Assembly (NCBI GenBank): GCA_040387295.1 | Contig: JAZKEB010000002.1 | Location: 140,802 to 204,801 of the forward strand | Direction of reading: 5' to 3' | DNA length: 64,000 bases | DNA from: Bacteroidota bacterium | GTDB lineage: Bacteria; Bacteroidota; Bacteroidia; Flavobacteriales_D; Crocinitomicaceae | Shown here: positions 55,908 through 63,217 of the stretch, piece by piece | How positions within the stretch are numbered: position 1 is the stretch's first letter | Layout: the number at the start of each line of letters is the position of its first letter | Position numbers and translations under genes: made by a program | The notes under the pieces: generated by a model | What the model saw: the letters and a program-made list of their open reading frames with translations, nothing else | What the model was told of the DNA's origin: nothing | Databases searched by the model: none

Positions 55908-56219
55908 ATGGCGTTTAACGGAACAGAAGGAGGGGCTATTACCCTCGAAGCAGCAGCAGCAATGACAGCGTGCTATAGAAAATTGCACCCGAATCAAACA
56001 GAAGCGCATTTTTTGGGAAAAGACAACTTTTTGGCCTTATTGAACCAAACGGGCTGTGTTGGAATCAGAGTTTATTATGGTGATAAACCGAATGGAGCAA
56101 AAGAACTTATCTTTGTAGGTGTAGACGCTAACGAAAACGATATGTTGGATTTGATTATGGATTTAACAACGCCATGCCCGACTTGTTGCTCAACAGGCAA
56201 TGCTTTAAATGGTAGATGA
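55908..56219 (+). CDS. Small cytoplasmic protein with a GIRVYYG motif and a PCPxCC tail
   Basis: 103 aa, no signal peptide; GIRVYYG, LIFVGVD and TTPCPTCC; ATGA-coupled to the next gene. Confidence 0.8.
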   Translation: MAFNGTEGGAITLEAAAAMTACYRKLHPNQTEAHFLGKDNFLALLNQTGCVGIRVYYGDKPNGAKELIFVGVDANENDMLDLIMDLTTPCPTCCSTGNALNGR

Positions 56220-56878
56220 TCACTCTAAACGAAATATCAACTTATTCCATCCTGCTTCCGAGTGGGATGGTTTTTTTTCGTTGGAAAAAAAAGGATATTT
56301 CGATTACAATCATTCGCATTCTAATTTTATTCACTTTGCTACTGGATGCGTTTAGTCAATATTACATTTCTGATTTTTATAAAAGTGACGGTCAAAAAAA
56401 CAACATGTTCTTATTCCATATCTTCACTTTATGCGAGGCCGTGTTATTAATTCTTTATTTCAGGAGTTTCTTTCAACAGAAGTGGTTTAGAAATGCTTTG
56501 TTATTATTGCTCCTCGGTTTTTCAATTCTCACAATCTTAAATGTATGTTTTTGGGAACCAATCGACTTTTACCCATCGATCACTCGAATGACAGAATGCA
56601 TCATCATGATGATCTTAAGCATTCTATTTTTTGTAAACCTATTCCAGCAATCGGCCGTTCTGAAGTTAGTCCAGTATAATCATTTCTGGCTGGTTTCAGG
56701 CTTACTGTTGTTTTTCGCGGGGACTTTCTTCATGAATATCGTGGGACAGTTGGTACTTCAAAAAAACAACCTTGGCTTTAACATTTACGACATTCACTCT
56801 TTCCTGAACATATTTCTGAATATTATTTATACCATTGCACTATGGATGAGCAGCAGACGCTTGATCTCGGCACCGTAA
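56216..56878 (+). CDS. Stand-alone ~7-TM membrane protein (putative split sensor)
   Basis: About seven hydrophobic segments, NNMFLFHIF..CE and FWLVSGLLLFFAGTFF; overlaps the kinase gene by 37 nt. Confidence 0.75.
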   Translation: MITLNEISTYSILLPSGMVFFRWKKKDISITIIRILILFTLLLDAFSQYYISDFYKSDGQKNNMFLFHIFTLCEAVLLILYFRSFFQQKWFRNALLLLLLGFSILTILNVCFWEPIDFYPSITRMTECIIMMILSILFFVNLFQQSAVLKLVQYNHFWLVSGLLLFFAGTFFMNIVGQLVLQKNNLGFNIYDIHSFLNIFLNIIYTIALWMSSRRLISAP

Positions 56879-57624
56879 TTATCCTGGGCACTATGGGTAT
56901 GATTATTCTCGCATTGGGAGTAGTCGTCTTCTCGTTTATCTACCAACGCCGGATGACCGCCAAGCAAAATGAACTAACGATGCTTGATTTGCAGCACCAA
57001 AAAGAACTAATGGGCGCCGTGATCCAAACCAAAGAATTGGAACAACGCCGCATTGCACTCGAACTACACGATGATGTCGGTTCAACGCTCACCGCCATTA
57101 AATTTTCGGTTTCAAGCTTTACCATTGACGAGAAAGACAAAGAATTGCTCAACCTCAATCTTGCCGATGCCATCCAAAAGGTGCGCCGCATTTCCAACGA
57201 TTTATTGCCTTCCATCCTGGAAGAACTCGGTTTGATTACCGCCGTAAAAAGCCTCATCAAAACGCTCAACGACAACAAGACCATCAATTACGTTTTTGAG
57301 TCATTCGGTGAACAAATTCGTCATCCGAAAGATGTGGAACTTGCCTGTTACCGGGTATTGCAGGAATTACTCAACAACAATTTGAAATATGCCCATGCCA
57401 CTGAAGTGCGCGTTGAAATTGTGTTGAGTCAATCAGGGTTGCTGATTATCGTTACCGATGACGGCGATGGTTTTGTGCCCGAAGATCATACCGATCATGA
57501 ACGACCTTCCCTCGGATTAAAAAATATAGAAAGCCGCATACAACAGATCAAAGGAGACATTACCTACGAAAGACGCTCACCTAAAGGAACAAAAGTATTG
57601 ATTGATTGGAAACGCCATGAATGA
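56842..57624 (+). CDS. HisKA_3 (NarX/DegS-type) sensor histidine kinase with one TM
   Basis: RRIALELHDDVG H-box, QELLNNNLKYA N-box, DDGDGF and LGLKNIESR. Confidence 0.92.
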   Translation: MDEQQTLDLGTVIILGTMGMIILALGVVVFSFIYQRRMTAKQNELTMLDLQHQKELMGAVIQTKELEQRRIALELHDDVGSTLTAIKFSVSSFTIDEKDKELLNLNLADAIQKVRRISNDLLPSILEELGLITAVKSLIKTLNDNKTINYVFESFGEQIRHPKDVELACYRVLQELLNNNLKYAHATEVRVEIVLSQSGLLIIVTDDGDGFVPEDHTDHERPSLGLKNIESRIQQIKGDITYERRSPKGTKVLIDWKRHE

Positions 57625-58273
57625 GATTACAGTAGCCATTGCAGATGACCAGTCCATTTTCAGACAAGGATTGGTAAACCTCGTGGGAGGTTTTAAAAAT
57701 ATACGCGTGTTGTTTTCCGCCGAAAACGGTCGCGAAATGCTGGAAAAAATCCCGGATAACAAACCCGATTTGGTATTGCTCGACTTCCGAATGCCCGAAC
57801 TCAACGGATTAGAAACCGCCAAGTTGATCCGCGATCAGTTTGCCGGCGTACGCGTATTGATCCTTTCTATGTACGACGATCAGGAATTCGTGGAAACAGC
57901 CATGGAAAACGGAGCACACGGTTATTTGTCAAAAGACGATGAGCCCGAGGAAATTGAACGCGCTATTCTCAGCACAATAGAAACAGGTTATTACCTCAAC
58001 GACCGCACGTCGAAAATGCTCATCGGTAAACTCATCAACCAGGGCACGATGAAACCTGAGTTTAAAACACCACCGGTTGAATTCACTCCCATGGAAATGC
58101 AAATCCTGCAACTGATCTGTGCTGAATTCACCACCCAGGAAATTGCCGATAAACTCTGCAAAAGCAAGCGCACCATTGAAAGTTGCCGCACGCTGATGAT
58201 GCAGAAAATCAACGCCCGCAATGTGGTTGGTTTGGTGATGTATGCGGTGAAGAATAATTTGGTTGGGAATTAA
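57617..58273 (+). CDS. NarL/FixJ (LuxR-HTH) response regulator
   Basis: IADDQ, LLDFRMP, GYLSK and TTQEIADKLCKSKRTIE HTH. Confidence 0.93.
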   Translation: MNEITVAIADDQSIFRQGLVNLVGGFKNIRVLFSAENGREMLEKIPDNKPDLVLLDFRMPELNGLETAKLIRDQFAGVRVLILSMYDDQEFVETAMENGAHGYLSKDDEPEEIERAILSTIETGYYLNDRTSKMLIGKLINQGTMKPEFKTPPVEFTPMEMQILQLICAEFTTQEIADKLCKSKRTIESCRTLMMQKINARNVVGLVMYAVKNNLVGN

Positions 58274-58380
58274 GGAATCGGAAAAACCTTTTCCAACCGT
58301 TAAGAAAAGTTTGTATCAGGTGAATGACATCTTTGAACAGATGCCACCGAAATTACTTTTATACTTAACAAATACCTCCT

Positions 58381-59040
58381 ATGAAAAACAGCTTATTGAT
58401 TGTTACATTGGCACTTGCCGGATCATGTTTTACGCAAACAAACCAAAACCGCGTTGGAATTACGATCGGAGGTGGTTCGCAAAAATACAGTGGTGATCTT
58501 GGAAACGGGTTCACACTGAAAAATGAGGTTTGGCGCGGCGGCGTTGCTTTAAATATCAATGTCTACCTCAACCCATCCTTTGACATCAGCGGCTATGGAT
58601 CCATCGGTGATTTCGGTTACTGTCAGCCAGATGATAAGAAAAACATGGTAGTCGCCGAAGGAGACAGGTGCGATGCCTGCCTGGACCGGCTTGGATTGGG
58701 AAATCTAAGTTCGCGGATGTACGTCAGCGGTGTGCAGCTTCGCTACAAATTCAACAACGGTTATCTTCTCCGCGAAGAACTACGCATCAAACCCTATGTT
58801 TATATGGGAGTTGCCGTGAATAAACTCACTGATCGCATGAAAATGAACTGTGTGGATGCAGGAAATTACCTCACCATCAATTCAGGTATCGGTGTTCGCT
58901 ATTATGTAAATGAGCGGCTAAATATCGGCTATAATCTGAATGTCGGTTATTTCACCTCTGATAAACTGGACTTTCTTTCCCGCGGGGCCAGTGACATGTA
59001 CCTGCAGAATACGGTATTTTTAGGAGTGGATTTGTTTTAG
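58381..59040 (+). CDS. Outer-membrane beta-barrel protein
   Basis: Signal peptide, GGSQKYSGDLG, GIGVRYY and terminal LGVDLF. Confidence 0.75.
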   Translation: MKNSLLIVTLALAGSCFTQTNQNRVGITIGGGSQKYSGDLGNGFTLKNEVWRGGVALNINVYLNPSFDISGYGSIGDFGYCQPDDKKNMVVAEGDRCDACLDRLGLGNLSSRMYVSGVQLRYKFNNGYLLREELRIKPYVYMGVAVNKLTDRMKMNCVDAGNYLTINSGIGVRYYVNERLNIGYNLNVGYFTSDKLDFLSRGASDMYLQNTVFLGVDLF

Positions 59041-59053
59041 GGGAAACAGGATC

Positions 59054-59743
59054 ATGAAGAATGTACCACGTATCACCACGCTGTTTTTAGCAACATTGTT
59101 GTTGTTTCTGGTAAGTAGTTCGTGTAACGATAAAAACAAAAAAACGTATTGTGAGGAAAACCCAAGCGGATGCCAATCTGTGCTCGCTTCTAAAGAATTT
59201 TTTGTATTTAAAGTTGGCTCCTGGTGGGTGTATGAAGAGGAAACCACTCATGAACGCGATTCAATGTATGTAACTGAATCATATAATAATAGCAATGGTT
59301 ATGATTTTTTGGTAAAAATTAAAAGCTCATTAACGGATTACGAATACCACTATTGGCCGATTTATGCTGGCGGTAATGATAATTGTAGTGAATCAAGTCC
59401 TGTTAGAGGAAAGTGTATTTATATCAAACGGTCAAAAGGAAAACCCGGGGAATTTGTTGGTGAGGACTACTGCTTTTTTGTGAATTTCAAAGTCAATGAT
59501 GGAATATTTATTTCCAATGTTAATTTCCCTAACAACACCTTAATGGTACAAGACATTTTATCCGATTATACTTTAGGTAGCTTGAGTTTCACACAATCAG
59601 TTAAAATGTTTGAAGATCATACATTCATTGAATCAAACAATCCCACTAACCATTATTTTGCAAGGAATGTCGGTCTTGTGAGGAAAGAGCTTCTAGACAG
59701 TAATCAGGTTTGGAACCTGGTTGATTATTACATAGCCCCTTGA
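59054..59743 (+). CDS. Lipoprotein paralogue 1 of the tandem array
   Basis: Lipobox VSSS-C; FKxGSWWVYEEETTHERDSMYV; RKELLDSNQVWNLVDYYIAP. Confidence 0.85.
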   Translation: MKNVPRITTLFLATLLLFLVSSSCNDKNKKTYCEENPSGCQSVLASKEFFVFKVGSWWVYEEETTHERDSMYVTESYNNSNGYDFLVKIKSSLTDYEYHYWPIYAGGNDNCSESSPVRGKCIYIKRSKGKPGEFVGEDYCFFVNFKVNDGIFISNVNFPNNTLMVQDILSDYTLGSLSFTQSVKMFEDHTFIESNNPTNHYFARNVGLVRKELLDSNQVWNLVDYYIAP

Positions 59744-59955
59744 TTTAATATAAACATCTGGTTGAAGCCAAAAACGGTAGAAAATAACTGAATAAACTTT
59801 AGAACAACATAAATAGATTACGTCCTGCTAACTTAATTTTGTACCATGATTTCCAACCAAAGCAAACAACCGGTATCAGTGAAGAGAGACGAAGTATCAT
59901 CTAAATTCACGGTTAGTTGCCCTAAAAACACTAACTTTAATTCAAATTCACGATC
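59744..59955 (+). repeat. Inter-cassette repeat 1, containing a -7 promoter
   Basis: 212 bp, nearly identical to 60646-60857 and 61542-61745; TAATTTTG at 59834-59841. Confidence 0.9.
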
Positions 59956-59959
59956 ATGA
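59846..59959 (+). CDS. Putative leaderless 37-aa uORF
   Basis: MISNQSKQPVSVKRDEVSSKFTVSCPKNTNFNSNSRS; its stop overlaps the lipoprotein ATG (ATGA). Confidence 0.3.
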   Translation: MISNQSKQPVSVKRDEVSSKFTVSCPKNTNFNSNSRS

Positions 59960-60645
59960 AGCATACAGCACATATCACCACGCTGTTTTTAGCAACACTA
60001 TTGTTGTTTCTCGCGAGTAGTTCATGTAAGGATAAAAACAAAAAAACCTTTTGCGAACAAAATCCCGGGAGCTGTCAATCTGTGCTTGTAGCAAAAGAGT
60101 TTTTCCTTTTCAAAGAAGGCTCATGGTGGGTGTATGAAGAAGAAACGACTCATGAGCGCGATTCGATGTATGTATCCGAGTCAATGAATGATTCTAACAG
60201 TTATGATTTCGACGTAAAAATATACAGCCAACTTCAGGATTTTAATTATCATTATTCACCATTATACATTAATAGCACTGCCTGTAGTAGTACTTCACCG
60301 GTAAGTCAAAAGTGTATTTACATTAAACGCTCAAAGTCTAAACCCGGAGAATATATCGGAGAAGATCATTGCTTTTTTGTGAACTACACTAAAGGTAGTT
60401 TTGAGACTGTCACAGGGAATATTTTCTTCCCCAATAATAAAATATCAGTAGAAGATATTTATGATTCTTATCAGCTGGGTAATTTGAATTTTGGAAAGAC
60501 CGTAAAAATTCATGAATTGAGTACCTTGATTGAAGGTATCCAACCCACGAACCATTATTTTGCAAGGAATGTCGGTCTTGTGAGGAAAGAGCTTCTAGAC
60601 AGTAATCAGGTTTGGAACCTGGTTGATTATTACATAGCCCCTTGA
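59956..60645 (+). CDS. Lipoprotein paralogue 2
   Basis: Lipobox ASSS-C; same conserved blocks as paralogue 1. Confidence 0.85.
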   Translation: MKHTAHITTLFLATLLLFLASSSCKDKNKKTFCEQNPGSCQSVLVAKEFFLFKEGSWWVYEEETTHERDSMYVSESMNDSNSYDFDVKIYSQLQDFNYHYSPLYINSTACSSTSPVSQKCIYIKRSKSKPGEYIGEDHCFFVNYTKGSFETVTGNIFFPNNKISVEDIYDSYQLGNLNFGKTVKIHELSTLIEGIQPTNHYFARNVGLVRKELLDSNQVWNLVDYYIAP

Positions 60646-60857
60646 TTTAATATAAACATCTGGTTGAAGCCAAAAACGGTAGAAAATAATCGAAACAAAA
60701 TCAGAACAACATAAATAGATTACGTTCTGCAACCATAATTTTGTACTATGATTTCCAACCAAAGCAAACAACCGGCATCAGTGAAGAGAGAAGAAGTATC
60801 ATCTAAATCAACGGTTGGTTGCCCTAAAAGCACTAACTTTAATTCAAATTCACGGTC
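60646..60857 (+). repeat. Inter-cassette repeat 2
   Basis: 212 bp; TAATTTTG at 60736-60743. Confidence 0.9.
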
Positions 60858-60861
60858 ATGA
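60748..60861 (+). CDS. Putative leaderless 37-aa uORF
   Basis: MISNQSKQPASVKREEVSSKSTVGCPKSTNFNSNSRS; ATGA overlap. Confidence 0.3.
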   Translation: MISNQSKQPASVKREEVSSKSTVGCPKSTNFNSNSRS

Positions 60862-61541
60862 AGTACATTCCACGTATGACCAACCTCTTTGTTCTGACAC
60901 TCGTAGTGCTCCTGATCAGTGTTTCCTGTAAAGACAAAGCCCCTAAGCCTGGAGGGCCATGCACTACTTGTCAATCGGTATCAGCAGCCAAAGATTTTTT
61001 CTATTTCAAAATGGGGTCTTGGTGGGTATATGAAGAAGAAACAAGTCATGAACGCGATTCGATGTATGTGATAGAAGCAAATGACGATGTAAATGGTTAT
61101 GATTTTGATATAAGAATTAAATCAGCATTAACTGACTATGAGTATCATTATTGGCCGATTTACTTTAGCGGGATTAGTGGTTGTAGTGAAGTTACACCGA
61201 TATCTAAAAAATGTCTTTTTGTGAAAGAATCCAAAGGTAACCCTGGAGATTTCATTGGTGAAAGTAATTGTTTTTTTATTCGTCACAGGAAAGGCGAATT
61301 TGTTAGCGCTTTCAATGTGAATTTCCCGGATAATAAGGTTTATATTGATGATATACTAGATACTTTCCAATTGAATAGTTTTTCATTTCCTAGTACTATT
61401 AAAACACATGAGTTAGCAAAAATCCAGGATAATAATCAACCAACAAACTACTATTATGCTAAAGGAGTTGGTATAGTTCGTAAAGAATTCTTAGACAGTA
61501 ATCAGGTTTGGAATCTGGTTGATTATTACATAGTCCCTTAA
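60858..61541 (+). CDS. Lipoprotein paralogue 3
   Basis: Lipobox ISVS-C; CTTCQSV; same conserved blocks. Confidence 0.85.
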   Translation: MKYIPRMTNLFVLTLVVLLISVSCKDKAPKPGGPCTTCQSVSAAKDFFYFKMGSWWVYEEETSHERDSMYVIEANDDVNGYDFDIRIKSALTDYEYHYWPIYFSGISGCSEVTPISKKCLFVKESKGNPGDFIGESNCFFIRHRKGEFVSAFNVNFPDNKVYIDDILDTFQLNSFSFPSTIKTHELAKIQDNNQPTNYYYAKGVGIVRKEFLDSNQVWNLVDYYIVP

Positions 61542-61745
61542 TTTCGAAATTGAACTCAAAAAAACAGTAGAAAATAATCGAATAACCTTTAGAACAACAT
61601 AAATAGATTACGTTCTGCAACCTTAATTTTGTACTATGATTTCCAACCAAAGCAAACAACCGGCATCAGTGAAGAGAGAAGAACTGTCATCTAAATCAAC
61701 GGTTAGTTGCCCTAAAAGCACTAACTTTAATTCAAATTCAGGATC
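61542..61745 (+). repeat. Inter-cassette repeat 3
   Basis: 204 bp; TAATTTTG at 61624-61631. Confidence 0.9.
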
Positions 61746-61749
61746 ATGA
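61636..61749 (+). CDS. Putative leaderless 37-aa uORF
   Basis: MISNQSKQPASVKREELSSKSTVSCPKSTNFNSNSGS; ATGA overlap. Confidence 0.3.
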   Translation: MISNQSKQPASVKREELSSKSTVSCPKSTNFNSNSGS

Positions 61750-62435
61750 AGAACATTCCACATATTCCCAACCTCTTTGTTCTGGCATTTATGGTGCTCC
61801 TGATCAGTGTTTCCTGTAAAGACAAAGATCCTAAGCCAGGAGGTCCATGCACTACTTGTCAATCAGTAACAGAAGCCAAGGATTATTTCTACTTCAAGAT
61901 GGGATCGTTTTGGGTATACGAGGAAGAAACCACGCATGAACGCGATTCAATGTATGTGACCGCATCGGCCAATGACATTGATAGTTATAATTTCGATGTC
62001 AGTATCAAATCTGCGCTAACAGACTACGAATACCATTATTGGCCCGTTTACAATCAGGTGAGTAATAGCTGTAGCCCGACGGCCCCTGTCGCCAAACGTT
62101 GTCTCTATGTCATGCGTGGCAAGGGTAAGTTTCAGGACAATCTGGGCGAAAGCAGTGTATTCTTCATCCGCTACCGAATCGGTGAGCAGATGAATACAGG
62201 CAGCGACATGACCTATTGCCCCAATAATAAAATCACTTTAGGCGCGATCCTCGACAGCCTTGTACTGCCGGATTACACCTTCCAAAAAACGATACGCATT
62301 GATGAGGATTGCTCTTTTCAAGAAGGAAAGCAACCTACCCGGTTTTATTATACCCAAGGTGTAGGCATTGTACGTAAGGAGTTAATCGACAGCAACCAGG
62401 TCTGGAACTTGGTCGATTATTACATAGCTCCTTAA
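61746..62435 (+). CDS. Lipoprotein paralogue 4
   Basis: Lipobox ISVS-C; more GC-rich; close to paralogue 5. Confidence 0.85.
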   Translation: MKNIPHIPNLFVLAFMVLLISVSCKDKDPKPGGPCTTCQSVTEAKDYFYFKMGSFWVYEEETTHERDSMYVTASANDIDSYNFDVSIKSALTDYEYHYWPVYNQVSNSCSPTAPVAKRCLYVMRGKGKFQDNLGESSVFFIRYRIGEQMNTGSDMTYCPNNKITLGAILDSLVLPDYTFQKTIRIDEDCSFQEGKQPTRFYYTQGVGIVRKELIDSNQVWNLVDYYIAP

Positions 62436-62445
62436 ATTCAGGAAC

Positions 62446-63135
62446 ATGAAGAACATTCCACATCTAACTAACCTCTGTATTCTGGCACTTATAGTGCTTT
62501 TGATCAGTGTTTCCTGTAAAGACAAAGACCCTAAACCAGGCGGCGAATGCACCACCTGCCAGTCGGTCATGGAAGCCAAGGATTATTTCTGCTTCAAGAT
62601 GGGATCGTTTTGGGTTTACGAGGAAGAAACCACGCATGAACGTGATTCAATGTATGTGATCCTGTCCAACAACGATCCTGATTCTTACGGTTTTGAATGC
62701 CAAATAAAAAGTTCATTGACGGAGTACGAATACCGCTACTGGCCCGTTTACAACCAGATGGTCAGCGGCTGTAACCTGACGTTGCCCGTCGGCAAACGCT
62801 GCCTGTACGTCTTGCGTGGCAAGGGCAAGTTTCAGGACAACCTGGGTGAAAGTGAGGTGTTCTTCGTGCGCTACAAGGTTGGCGACTCTGATTATACCGG
62901 TGGTGATATGTTCTACTGCCCCAACAACAAAATAACTTTTGGCGCTATTCTGGACAGCCTTGTCTTACCCAATTATACCTTCCAAAAGACGATACGCATA
63001 GACGAGGATTGCTGTTTTCAGGAAGGGAAACAACCTACCAAATTCTATTATACCGAAGGTATCGGCATCGTGCGCAAGGAACTTATAGACAGCAATCAAG
63101 TCTGGAACCTCGTCAATTACAACATCGTACCCTGA
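62446..63135 (+). CDS. Lipoprotein paralogue 5
   Basis: Only 10 bp after paralogue 4; shares QDNLGES and YCPNNKIT.GAILDSLVLP with it. Confidence 0.85.
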   Translation: MKNIPHLTNLCILALIVLLISVSCKDKDPKPGGECTTCQSVMEAKDYFCFKMGSFWVYEEETTHERDSMYVILSNNDPDSYGFECQIKSSLTEYEYRYWPVYNQMVSGCNLTLPVGKRCLYVLRGKGKFQDNLGESEVFFVRYKVGDSDYTGGDMFYCPNNKITFGAILDSLVLPNYTFQKTIRIDEDCCFQEGKQPTKFYYTEGIGIVRKELIDSNQVWNLVNYNIVP

Positions 63136-63217
63136 TATACCACACTCCTCACCCTGACAAGATCGGCAGCGGACGAACGCGTCCTGTAATCATGTAATCT
63201 TTAAATTCTAAATAACC

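Noticed and set aside
59744-61745. CRISPR interpretation of the repeated spacers
   Set aside because: The repeats are ~210 bp and separate full genes; there is no repeat-spacer periodicity and no cas gene.
60720-61862. Paralogous antisense ORFs 60720..60974 and 61623..61862
   Set aside because: They are similar only because the underlying DNA is duplicated, and they lie opposite the signal-peptide codons.
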